Of a stretch of 64,000 nucleotides of DNA, positions 13,251 through 24,633 are shown one piece after another. The stretch comes from Heteronotia binoei. Lineage: Eukaryota. Within the stretch, counting starts at the first letter, position 1, and each line of letters starts with the position of its first letter. A program made the position numbers and the translations under genes. The notes under the pieces were generated by a model that worked only from the letters and a program-made list of their open reading frames with translations, was not told the DNA's origin and did no database searches. The stretch spans positions 38,316,001-38,380,000 of the forward strand of contig NC_083237.1 of NCBI RefSeq assembly GCF_032191835.1, written 5' to 3'.

Positions 13251-13893
13251 CACTTCTGTGGTAGAAAATATGTATTTAAAAAGACAAATAAGGCATCTGC
13301 AATATGCCCAGAGCTAATTTTATAGCTCCATAAATATTCTCTTCCAATCTATTATACTATGAATCAAATGTGCTCATAGACAGGTAAAGTTATGACAATT
13401 ATGGCGATATGATAGGTGGGATGTTTTCTAAAATGATTAACAATGCCATACCAAGCAAAGTTATAACCTTCTTAGCCCATTGACTTCAATGGGATATAGT
13501 TTGTTCAGGATTGCAGCATAAAACATAAAGTATGTTGGGTTGTTGAAGAATATTTGAAGTTGTAACACATGAAAGAGCTCACCAGAATCACCATTATGCT
13601 TGGTTTTTAGCACAGCTACTTTATTTTGCTCTGTGAAGTACCAACAATCACAGTTCAATTAATTCTGATTTCAGAGTTAAGTTTCATCTATAGCAATAAG
13701 AGCAAAATTTACATTAGGGATGATTTTGAATTTCTTGTCACTGATGCTTCAGTTCCAAAGCCTTGTTTTGCTTCTCAGCTGAAAAAGCATGAGAATCTGC
13801 AAATTGTACCATTTTCGGTTTTGTTTTCCTGTTTTTCTCTCTCAATTAAATGGACATGTTTATCAATTCTATTTTTAGCATATAAATGGTAAT

Positions 13894-14067
13894 CAGGACC
13901 TTTTTTGAGCAGGAATGCACAGGAATGCAGTTCTGGCTGGCTTGGTGTTGGGGTATGTAGCCTAATATGCAAATGAGTTCCAAGTGCACAAAAATAATGG
14001 TGACACCAGGGGTGTGGCTTAATATGCAAATGAGTTCCTGCTGGGCTTTTTCTACAAAAAAGCCCTG
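13894..14067. mobile_element. hAT-type MITE
   Basis: TIRs CAGGACCTTTTTT...AAAAAAGCCCTG; perfect 8-bp TSD ATGGTAAT at 13886-13893 and 14068-14075. Confidence 0.88.
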
Positions 14068-15545
14068 ATGGTAATTGACACATAAATCATGCACAGGACA
14101 TTTAAAAAACAACTGCCTTGGGAACGTTATCAATACAAAATAGGTAGATTGAAAAGAAAAAAACAAACAAACCCTGCCATCTCCAACAAATGAAATAAAA
14201 AGAAATGAAGATGGAAAGCTGTTCATGTGACATCACTCATGAGCATAGGGTTGCAGTTGTCCACAGGTAGGATAATATTTAGCATTAACTCATTCTTTCT
14301 TTGGCCATTATGGAGATAAGCATAGGAACCTGTGAGGTCTTTTAGCTTGAGTGGAAATTAAAAGCTAAGGACATTATGGGCTGTAACTTACAGATGTTCC
14401 TACTATGACTTGGATCCTTCACTCCTGCTCTGTCACAGAAGGCAGCTCTGTTCGTAAAAGAGGAAGGGGGTAATATTTGCAGATCTTGCTCTCTCACTGT
14501 AATTTTCCACCTTAGAAGGGTGTATAAATTGAGGAGGGTGCTATTTTTACAATAAAACACATGTTTAATATATATGTCTCATTAATATTATTTTCTCATT
14601 TTACACATTATACATATACACATTAAGGTCTGCAGTAAAAGTCCTTACAGTAAAGAACAACACGCATAACAGAACTCAGTGGTACCAACAATATCCATAC
14701 AAGATACAGAAATAGGCTGCATTCAATTAAGCAACAAACAATTCAAATACTCCAGTCACAGAAAGGTGTCAATAAATCTTCATACATAAGACCTTAATAA
14801 TGCTAAAGGAGAAAGTCACAGTAAGTGAAGTTCAGCTGGATGCATTTCCTAGGTATATTCCATATTTCAGTCTCTTCTTCCAACTTTCTGAGCAGCTGTA
14901 TATTAGGAACCAGATTTTTCAACATTTATCTTGGCAAAGTTCTGCTTCTATGCTGAATCCCAACATTTCCAAAATTTATCTTTTTAAAAAGTTTCAAATA
15001 TTTTATTAATTGATAAAAGCATTTGCAAAATAAAAGCATAAATATCATAAAGTACATGTGAAACTCAATCAGAATAAAGCTAATAAATTAAATAAGCTAA
15101 AATACTATATTAATTAGAATCTCTATTGAATATTAAACATAAAACCAGCAGTGTGCTATAACATCATAAGGTGTTGTGGTCTTTGCTTATAAACTACAGA
15201 CAAGCAAAAAGCATAATCTTGCTCCATCCCAAGCCTAGGAGATATAAACAAACAAACCAATGAATGAAAGGAAATGAAAAAGGAAGGAAGTTTATAAGAA
15301 AGCAGTGGACAGCAAATTATAAAGAGATAAAATGATGATGTGCTATATTGATTGATAATATGCTGTAGGTTGCAGTGTAATCCAAAAAGGGAAACCATTT
15401 CTCCGCAAAAGAGGTGGCTCTGGGGTAAGGAGGGTGCTAAACTGAGAGGTGTATGCATTATGTTCACACAAAGCAAGATGGGTGATCTGTTTATTAATGA
15501 ATTTCCCAAACCAGTTAAGAAAGAAGAAGCCATATTGGGGTACAT

Positions 15546-15820
15546 GAACCAGTTTGGTGTAGTGGTTGTGCGGATTCTTATCTGGAAGAACCGGGTTTGA
15601 TTCCCCACTCCTCCACTTGTGGCTGCTGGAGTGGCCTTGGGTCAGCCACAGCTCTTGCAGAGTTGCCCTTGAAAGGGCAGCTTCTGTGAGAACTCTCTCA
15701 GCCTCACCCACCTTACAGGGTGTCTGTTGTGGGGGAGGAAGGTAAAGGAGATTGTGACCACTCTGAGATTTGGAGTGGAGAATGGGATATAAATCCAATA
15801 TCATCATCATTATCATCATC
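15546..15820 (+). mobile_element. tRNA-derived SINE (Squam3-like)
   Basis: A box TGGTGTAGTGG, B box GGTTTGATTCC, L2-like tail GGGATATAAATCC plus (ATC)n; similar to copies at 22561 and 38763. Confidence 0.8.
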
Positions 15821-16368
15821 AATCAATCTTCGTAGACTAATAGTTTTATCCATTGGCTGAATATGAACACAATAACTACAGTTTAGTTAGGTTTTGTTTC
15901 TTCACACAAGAGATAGCAGTTGTATACTATGCAATTTGGACAGTAATCCAAAGCAGGCCCAGTCATTAAGGAGCTTACTCTGAGGAAAGAAGTGTTCTTA
16001 GGGTTGCAACCTACATTGCTTTGAATCTCATTCATGTTAATGTGACCAATAGCCTAACCATATGCAGGATGGCAGCATGATTTATGCTTTTGAATCATCT
16101 AATTTTGTTTTATGATTTAATTTGTTTCAGCATTGAACTTCTGGCTCCTAAAAAACTGATAAACTGAACTACACTGGTGTCTCTACTTTCTGATAAACTA
16201 TAATTGAGATTAATTATGAATGTGCTCAGCTGACCCAATGAATAAAAGTTCATTTTCACACATACTTGAGTACAAAAATTATAGACCATTTAAAATAGTG
16301 AACTAGGAAAATCTGAGTATGTAATACACAGAAATTAAGTCCTCACTATATATTTCCTAAGGGGGAAA

Positions 16369-17307
16369 ATGACAATGAATACGACAGTAACAGAATTTAT
16401 TCTCTTGGGCTTCTCTCAGAACCCAAGGGTGCAGACAATCCTTTTCCTCATTTTTCTCACCATTTACATCACAACCTGGCTGGGGAATCTGACAATCATC
16501 ATGACTGTGATTTTCATGCCTCAGTTTCACACACCCATGTACTTTCTTTTGGCCAATCTGGCTGTCATAGATATCAGTGACTCTACAGTAACTGCAATCA
16601 AAATGCTGTGGGACCTCATCACCCATAGAAATACAATCTCCTACAACTGGTGCATTGTCCAGATTTTCTTCTTCCATTTTACTGGAGGAGCTGTGGTTTT
16701 TTTTTTAATAGTAATGGCTGTTGACAGATACATAGCAATCTACAAACCACTGCAATATTTGCTTACTATGCATCAAGGAGTATGTGTAAGTTTGGTGACA
16801 GGTGCTTGGCTGGGTGGCTTTGTCCACTCCATTGTACAAGTAGCATTAATACTTCAGCTGCCTTTCTGTGGACCCAATATATTGGACAATTTTTACTGTG
16901 ATGTCCCACAGCTCATCAAACTGGCTTGTACAGATACATACATTACAGAGCTACTGATGGTTTCAAACAGTGGATTTCTTCTCACACTAATCTTTTGTGT
17001 CTTACTTGTATCATACAGTATAATTCTGATTAAGATCAGAGCACATGTGACAGAAGGGAAGCATAAAGCCCTGTCTACATGTGCTGCACAAATCATAGTT
17101 ATGAGCTTAAATTTTGTTCCAGGAATGTTCATTTATGACCGTCCTTTCCAGGTATTTCCAGGAGACAAAATAGCCTCTGTGTGCTATACTCTTATCACTC
17201 CAATGTTAAATCCAATGATCTTTACTCTGAGAAACAGAGAAATGAAAGATATCACTAGAAAATTGATTAGAAAACTGATGTCATTCACAATAAAAGAATC
17301 TAAATAA
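16369..17307 (+). CDS. Class II olfactory receptor, family 4 (OR4D-like), 312 aa, intact
   Basis: GN in TM1, FHTPMYFLL, MAVDRYIAI, LPFCGPNILDNFYCDVPQLIKLAC, KALSTC, PMLNPMIFTLRN; candidate acceptor TTTCCTAAG ending at 16361. Confidence 0.96.
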   Translation: MTMNTTVTEFILLGFSQNPRVQTILFLIFLTIYITTWLGNLTIIMTVIFMPQFHTPMYFLLANLAVIDISDSTVTAIKMLWDLITHRNTISYNWCIVQIFFFHFTGGAVVFFLIVMAVDRYIAIYKPLQYLLTMHQGVCVSLVTGAWLGGFVHSIVQVALILQLPFCGPNILDNFYCDVPQLIKLACTDTYITELLMVSNSGFLLTLIFCVLLVSYSIILIKIRAHVTEGKHKALSTCAAQIIVMSLNFVPGMFIYDRPFQVFPGDKIASVCYTLITPMLNPMIFTLRNREMKDITRKLIRKLMSFTIKESK

Positions 17308-17351
17308 TGGATTTGCTTCAGCTGGTGTTTTTGCTAAATCTTGCAAATTTC

Positions 17352-17511
17352 CAGGCCTCAGATTCAGCAGGAGTTCACAGGAGTACAGCTCCTGAACCTT
17401 TCTGAGCATTTCCCCTCCTCCTCCCTACTTTGTCCATTGAATAGTGAGTGCAGCTGTATAACAATCCCCGGATGAGCTCCTCCACCTATTTTTCCTATAA
17501 AGTGACCCCTG
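17352..17511. mobile_element. hAT-type MITE
   Basis: CAGG...CCTG ends flanked by a 7/8 matching 8-bp TSD (CAAATTTC 17344-17351, CCAATTTC 17512-17519). Confidence 0.6.
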
Positions 17512-18469
17512 CCAATTTCTCTTTTAGATTTTATTTTTATATGTCCCATGATGGCCCCACCCTCTACCCCATCCTTTTTGGTAGCCAAAGATGACTTTTT
17601 GCGACCATGGAAATGTTTAGAAAGAATGGCATGGAATCTGAACTGACAAAAAAGCTCTTGCTGAGTGCACTTCTCCCTTCTTTCAAAACCCCACATGATC
17701 TGTGGATACAATCCAAATTTTAATTGTAGGTGGTATTGGCCACACTATGATTCTTTCCCTCCTAGTCTGTGTTGTTATCATAGAGACTAACAATGGAGCA
17801 TTGGCACCATTTTTTCCTCCACTCTTGATAAATATTCTAATGGCAGTAGAAGACATCTCTACGTTGCTTTTGTAGATCTTACCTCACCTTTTGATTCCAT
17901 TGAGAGTTCAAGGCTTTGGTCTAAAGCTGCTAAAACAAATATTGATAGATGACATCTTAGAATTTTGAGGGAGTTACAGTCAGAGTTAAAGTTGATTTAT
18001 ATGGATCTCTTATGGATCCTATTCCCTTAAGAAAGGGTGTTAAGCAAGGTTGCCTTGCTGGGTCCTTTTTTGTTCAACTTCTATATTAATGATTTTGTGC
18101 AGGCTATGAATTCTCAGAATTTCTTCTTCCCTTTATTGCCTGGTTGAAAAATCTCTGAACTTCTATATGCAGATGACATGGCAATTATGTCATCTACTCA
18201 AATAGGCCTTAGAAGGATGTTAGTGCACCTGGCAGACTACTGTAAAAGAAAAGAATTAACTACAGTAAAACAAAAATATTATTTTTTTGGCAAAAACAGC
18301 CCTAAGCATAGATGGTCTGTTAATGCTCATGTAATACAGCAGTGCCCCTTTAATATATATATATATATTAGTTAATTCTTCTCTATTACAGTAGTCTGCC
18401 AGATGCATTAACATCCTTCTAAGACCTATTTGAGTAAATGACACACACACATATATGTATATATATCAA

Positions 18470-18763
18470 GAGCCTCGTGGCGCAGAGTGGTAAAGCTGCA
18501 GTACTGCAGTCAAAGCCCTCTGCTCACTACCTGTGTTCGATCCCAGCGGAAGCTGGTTCAGGTAGCTGGCTCCAAGTTGACTCAGCCTTCCATCCTTCCG
18601 AGGTCAGTAAAATGAGTACCCAGCTTGCTGGGGGGAAAGTGTAGATGACTGGGGAAGGCAATGGCAAACCACCCTGTAAAAAAGTCTGCTGTGAAAACGT
18701 TGTGAAAGCAACGTCACCCCAGAGTCGAAAATGACCGGTGCTTGCACAGGGGACTACCTTTAC

Positions 18764-18767
<4 letters not shown>
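18470..18767 (+). mobile_element. Sauria SINE
   Basis: tRNA-like head, core GTTGACTCAGCCTTCCATCCTTCCGAGGTC, tail CACAGGGGACTACCTTTACCTTT. Confidence 0.9.

Positions 18768-18807
<40 letters not shown>
18768..18807. repeat. (TA)n microsatellite
   Basis: Direct reading of the sequence. Confidence 0.9.
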
Positions 18808-18811
<4 letters not shown>

Positions 18812-21107
18812 GAACATCTTAATGCCACATTTTTAACTGGGTGCCACACTATGGGACATTATAGAATTTTTCTTTTCAAAGAGTGGACAGTTAATTCTAC
18901 CATCTCTAAAGGTCTTTATTTACAACATAAATTAGTGGTCTAAGGCACTATCTCCCATTTTGCAATTATATTCTCTGCCCTCTTTAGAGACAGTAAAACA
19001 CTAGGATCAAGTCAATTTGTGTGACTGGATCTTCAATAAAAATGCTTTATGAAATATTAATCTGGTTTGCCAATCTAAATTTTCTCTTTGGTACCTGCGG
19101 TTTTAGAAAAAAAATACATCCCCCCCCCCCCACTACTAAGCAGATTTTTCTAATGCTCCTTTAAGGAAGGCATTTACCCAAGCATGTTTTCAAACTATGC
19201 CATCTTCTTATCTTTAGGGAAGATTTCAAAAAATACCTGTGGCTCAGTGCTTTTGCTATTGTAGTCTTAATCAGGTAAAAGATAATGTTCATTGTATTTT
19301 ACATTGTCCTTACTATGAAGCTCTCCGAAATAAATTGTTGAATCAATTTCTTATAAATTTTCATGGCTCAGAGGAGAAATGTATTACATTTTTATTGGCC
19401 GATGCTATTTCTGACATGGTCTTTAAAGTGGCTACTTTTATCTTTCTATCACCAAATATAAGGGGGAAAATAACATACAAGAATTATAGCCAAATTATGT
19501 ATTCTGTTTTCTTTTCTTTTTAAGTTATTTCTGTATTCATTGCAATTATATATGTTTTAAATTTTGCCTACTGTGTGTTAAGTTGATATGTTTTAACTTT
19601 TTTGTCCAGATGCATTTTGCCAACTAAGTAGTTCTCTGTTGGTTTGTTATGGCCTAAGGCTTTAACAATAAATATTTTGACTTGGCACTCTAGATAAATC
19701 TATTTGCAAGGGAGGGCTTCTTGCACTCTTGGCTGACACCCATGCCTTGCAACTTTTTAGTTTCCATAGACATGCAAAGCTGAATTGTTTCAGCTGGTCT
19801 TTGGAGGGTAACCACATATTTGGGCTGTTTAAATAGTGGTATGCTGATAGCCATGTATTTTAATATTTTAATGGTAATATGTTCTGTTTGTAATTTGTTT
19901 TATGTTGTTTTCACCTTATTGGTTTTAATGTGTAAGTCACCATGAGACATTTGGTTGAGTGGTGACTAGAAATCTAATAAATAAGTAAACAAATAATATG
20001 GTTTAGGTCCATGCATGTCCAATGACGTTCAACATAGGATGTTTAGCAGTCATTGGGGTCCCCTCCATCTTTTTTTCACCAGCAGAAAAGCAGGTTAGCT
20101 AAATCCAGAGTCATTTGAGCCAACGAACAGTGAAGTGATTTAATTCAAATCAGTATGATTATTGTGCTTACTTTTGCAAAACGGAATCTAACATTTCACA
20201 TTAAATATATTATTTGAAACAAAGTCAGAATGAAAGGAAGACCAAATATAGCAATGGCACTTTTAGAATAGTTTTATTTTCGTGAAGTTTTTAGAAATCA
20301 GTAATCAATTACGGAATTTGTTGGTGATTAGTTGAATTTCTTTTAAAAACTGAACAACTACAGGTCCAGCCATTAAGGATGTTACCCAGCTAAATTCAAA
20401 TACCTGTAATTGGCATATAGACACAGAATTTAAATGTCTATTTTTTTTTCAGCTGACTCTGAGAAATGGTATACATAGAACTGGAGCCAGTCAAGTTTTT
20501 TTGCTCAGTCTAACCAAACTCTCCTTATCATAGTCCCATCCTACATGGCTTTTTCATCCAGGCCCTATTATTCCCATTATAGACCATTTGGTGATCAAAA
20601 AACATATCTCCTACTCTTTTTTTTCATCTTCAGAAAAACTGATCGGATCCAATCTATAGGTTTAGCATACCACCTTCATAATGGATGATACAGCACATAA
20701 AATATTACAAAAAAGTCATATTCTGGATAACACAAAGCACATTTTAAATGTAAAGCAAAACACACTGTTAGAGCCTTGAATGGTTTCTCTAAAAAGACAA
20801 ACTGCATCCCTAACAAGAACTTAGGAATTACATATATATTTTTTTCCTATTGACACAATTCACAACTTAATTAGCTCTACTAGTACATGATTCCCATTAT
20901 TTTATCTTCACAATGACTTGGAGAAGAAGCTAGAGTTAGCCCAAAATTACTTGTTATGGTCTATTGCTTAGTGGAAATTTGAACCTTTTTCATCTGTTAG
21001 TTCCATGTTTAACCCACTACACCATATTCCTATTGAAATCACACACACACACACAATCAGAAGTATAATTTTGCTCAGTATGCTGACTTATGCCCAAGGT
21101 GTGTCCT

Positions 21108-21230
21108 CTGCAGAGGAAGGTAATGGGAAACCACACCTGCTTCACACTTGCCTTAAAAGCTCCTTGCTGGGTTCACCACAATCTACCATAACTTGATGGC
21201 ACTTTGCACATGCACACATGGTCTTTTTCA
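21108..21230 (+). mobile_element. 3' fragment of a Sauria/BovB-tailed SINE
   Basis: GCAGAGGAAGGTAATGGGAAACCAC...TAACTTGATGGCACTTTGCACA resembles the 3' half of the copy at 21250-21424. Confidence 0.6.
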
Positions 21231-21249
21231 GGTATTGGATTGGTATAGT

Positions 21250-21424
21250 ATAGCCCAGTCTCATCAGTACTCTGAAGCTAAACATGGTCAATTTATGAAC
21301 TGGAGTCTATCAAGGGACATTTTGCAGAGGAAAACAATGGCAAACCACCTCTGCTTTTCACTTGCCTTGAAAACCCTACGTGGTTGTCATAATTTGGCTG
21401 TAACTTGATGGCACTTTACATACA
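21250..21424 (+). mobile_element. 5S-rRNA-derived SINE (5S-Sauria-like), antisense to and overlapping the 3' end of the OR at 21416
   Basis: Decayed 5S head (CCCAGTCTCATCAG...GAAGCTAA), body GCAGAGG...AATGGCAAACCACCTCTG, tail GGCACTTTACATACA. Confidence 0.7.
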
Positions 21425-22351
21425 GTTGGCCTTCTTGAGGATAGTTCTCAAGGAATCCTTTACTCTCTCATTTCTGAGACTATATATGAAAGGATTTAGC
21501 ATAGGAGTCATCATTGTATTCAACACAGTGCCTACTTTGTTGAAATCCAGAACATTCCCTTTGGTAGGACGGACATAGATGAAGATAGAACTCCCATAAT
21601 ACATTGTAACCACAGTCATATGAGATATGCAAGTTGAGAAGGCCTTCTTTCGCCCTGTTGCTGATGGTATCCTCAAGACAGCGATAACAATATAAATATA
21701 GGACACAACTGTTATAAGAAGTGAGCCCAAGAGCAGTACGCAAGAGGTCCCAAAATCAACCAGTTCAGCCAGTGATGTGTCAGCACAGACAAGTTTGAGC
21801 AATGGAGCACTGTCACAGAAGAAGTGATCAACGATGTTTGGGCCACAGAATGGCAGGCTAGCTGTCACAACACTGGGAACTAGAATGATCAAAAAGCCAC
21901 CAGTCCATGACCCCAAGAGGAGCTGGAAACAGACCTTGCTGCTCATGATGGATGCATAATGTAATGAGTAACATATTGCCAGATAGCGGTCAAAGGACAT
22001 AACAGCCAGGATGAAGAATTCGGTGGAACCCATAAGGAAATAGAAGAATGACTGTGTCAGGCAGCCCACAAATGAAATGGTCTTCTTCCCTGTGATAAAA
22101 TTTGCAAGCATCTTAGGCATGACAGTGGAAGTGATCATGAGTTCCAGGAATGAGAGGTTACTCAAGAAAAAATACATGGGTGATTGGAGGTGGTGGTCGG
22201 TTAGTACTAATGCAATTATTATGCCATTACCTAAGATTGTTAGCATGTATACAAAGAAGAAGGTGATGAAGAGCAGAATTTCTAGGGAGTGTGTGCTCTG
22301 AAATCCCAGAAGGATGAATTCAGTCACAATTGTTTTATTACCTTCTTCCAT
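21416..22351 (-). CDS. Class II olfactory receptor, family 6 (OR6M-like), 311 aa, intact
   Basis: LQSPMYFFLSNLS, MSFDRYLAIC, LPFCGPNIVDHFFCDSAPLLKL, KAFSTCISH, PMLNPFIYSLRN; candidate acceptor CCCCTCTCCTTTAG 20 nt upstream of the ATG. Confidence 0.96.
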   Translation of the reverse strand: MEEGNKTIVTEFILLGFQSTHSLEILLFITFFFVYMLTILGNGIIIALVLTDHHLQSPMYFFLSNLSFLELMITSTVMPKMLANFITGKKTISFVGCLTQSFFYFLMGSTEFFILAVMSFDRYLAICYSLHYASIMSSKVCFQLLLGSWTGGFLIILVPSVVTASLPFCGPNIVDHFFCDSAPLLKLVCADTSLAELVDFGTSCVLLLGSLLITVVSYIYIVIAVLRIPSATGRKKAFSTCISHMTVVTMYYGSSIFIYVRPTKGNVLDFNKVGTVLNTMMTPMLNPFIYSLRNERVKDSLRTILKKANCM

Positions 22352-22560
22352 ATTTTAGTGCATCATATTTCCTAAAGGAGAGGGGAAGGAATGGGTCTGG
22401 GAAAGGAGAATAAAAACAACTTATTCAGAAAGTGTAAAGAACCAGCATTTATTGGACATTGTCTGTATCCATTCTTCTAACATTAGACGTTCCTGTGGTG
22501 GACTGGAAGAAGGCTCCACTATTAGAAGAATGGAACTTTTGGATCCAACACCTTATTCAA

Positions 22561-22856
22561 GAGACCCAGTTTGGTGTTGTGGTTAAATGTACTGACTCTT
22601 ATCTGGGAGAACCGGGTTTGATTCCTCATGCCACTTGCAGCTGCTGGAATGGACTTGGGTTAGCCATAGCTCTTGCAGGGTTGTCCTTGAAAAGGCAGAT
22701 TCTGTGAGAGCTCTCTCAGCCCCACCTGCCTCACATGGTGTTTGTTGTGGGGGAGGAAGGTAAAGGAGATTGTGACTGCTCTAATACTCTGCGATTCAAA
22801 GTGAAGGGCAGGATATAAATCCAATGTTGTCATCGTCATCATCATCATCATCATCA
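22561..22856 (+). mobile_element. tRNA-derived SINE (Squam3-like)
   Basis: Similar to 15546-15820 along its length; (CAT)n tail. Confidence 0.8.
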
Positions 22857-22868
22857 CTGATTGGTACT

Positions 22869-23086
22869 NNNNNNNNNNNNNNNNNNNNNNNNNNNNNNNN
22901 NNNNNNNNNNNNNNNNNNNNNNNNNNNNNNNNNNNNNNNNNNNNNNNNNNNNNNNNNNNNNNNNNNNNNNNNNNNNNNNNNNNNNNNNNNNNNNNNNNNN
23001 NNNNNNNNNNNNNNNNNNNNNNNNNNNNNNNNNNNNNNNNNNNNNNNNNNNNNNNNNNNNNNNNNNNNNNNNNNNNNNNNNNNNNN
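22869..23086. other. Assembly gap (N run)
   Basis: N characters. Confidence 1.
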
Positions 23087-24215
23087 CCATGTAGAAGAAT
23101 AATGGCAATGTTTTTTTTCGTGGATTGTCTTATTTCAAGGTGAATATGAGTTTGCATCTTAGAATGCTTTCTCCAAATAAAAGTTCCCCTGCACCTGAAA
23201 ACCCCCCAGCATACTCCAGATAAAAGAGTTAGATTAATCCTTCTCTCCAAGACTCTACTATAGAAAACATCATTTGTGTATGTGTGAGTGCATGTGTTTT
23301 GCAGCAATGAAACATTCCTTCATGCAATTCTTTAGTTGTAACCTTTGTTGCAACCTCAAATATTGTCTGCCTAGTCTCAGCCAGAGCCAGGGCATTCCAG
23401 GTGTTTGTCTCAGAATAGTTAAAATCTGCAGCTCTCAGGATTAAGCCTTTAGATGCCCCTTAAATCTGACATTTAATATCATGGCCTTCTAAAAAACCAG
23501 AAAAGAGGATGTTTCTCAGTGCAAATATTTTATGTATCAAAAATGAAAACAATGATGTAGCCCACCTGAAGATGCTCTTCTTCTTTCTTGATATCCAAAG
23601 ACATATGTGGAGTCTTTAACATAATACTGGGATCAGTGATTCTTTCAGGTAGTGGGATCTTTCAGGTAGTGGAATTTATCATCTATTTCCTTTAAAAAAA
23701 ACCCAATTATTTCTTTAAAAATTGACTTTTTTGATGAAGATTATTACTGCTATACTTGAATTTAAAAAAAAAAAAGTCTGTCATGTCATTTAAAGATTTG
23801 TCCCAGGTACTGCAAGCAGGTATGGGAATACTTTTTCCTTTTTCTTCTACATAAGAAAATAAAATAAAAATAAAATAAAAAGAACTCTGTTAAAATAAAA
23901 AGAACTCTGCAGTGCTGCCACATGTCTTAATTTGAAATCAACAGTGTTGATAAATCCAAACTATTTGTGAATTATAATTTCTTAAGGGCACCCAAGGGTG
24001 TTTCCTGAAAACATCCAACCATCCTTTGAGGATCAATTAAAGTTTTACTGGCCATAATTTGGAAAATGAGAAAATTGCAAAATGTTCAATCATTATTATT
24101 ACTCTGTTCCATTGAATAAAACAACACAGAATGTTGTTATTTTGCTGTCAGTGTTTTTATTGTGGGAGAAGGTGTGGCTTAGTGGCAAAGCACATGCTGT
24201 TTATGATGGTGAACC

Positions 24216-24633
24216 TGTCAAGCATGAGATCTCAAAATAACCAGTCCTTGAATATTGAAACAAAGTTTGGTTTATTGATAATCCATGTGGCTCTTTCGAG
24301 CTGGGATTGGAAATGATACTCTGTAACACTAGAATACATGCTTTAAGATGGCACATCAAAGGTTCTATAAACAATTCTACATTCACGTGTGAAATTCACA
24401 CACTGGGTTGCTTATCAATATTGTGGCTAGCACATCCTGGGTTCAGGCCTGACTGACCTGAGAACAAGTCCCAAGAGGTCTTATCTTCAAAGAGGACATC
24501 CCTGTATTTGTTAGTAAAAGCGAAAGAAGAAAGATGGGGGTTGCTACTTTGATGTGCCTGGGTTTAATTCAGGGTTAGTAACAATTCTATATTCTGAATA
24601 CTATGACAGAGGATAGAGATACAATGCTTGACA
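24216..24633 (-). repeat. 3' LTR of Gypsy A
   Basis: 418 bp, TG...CA ends, PPT adjacent. Confidence 0.95.

Larger units (their letters stand above)
17850..19685 (+). mobile_element. Degenerate RTE-X-like LINE interrupted by an inverted duplication, a Sauria SINE and microsatellites
   Basis: KGVKQGC, LLYADDMAIMS (about 18040-18260), HCILHCPYYEALR (19239-19523), 3' end with AATAAA near 19667. Confidence 0.7.

Noticed and set aside
22660-23307. ORFs spanning the N gaps (also 35359-35588)
   Set aside because: Artefacts of translating N runs
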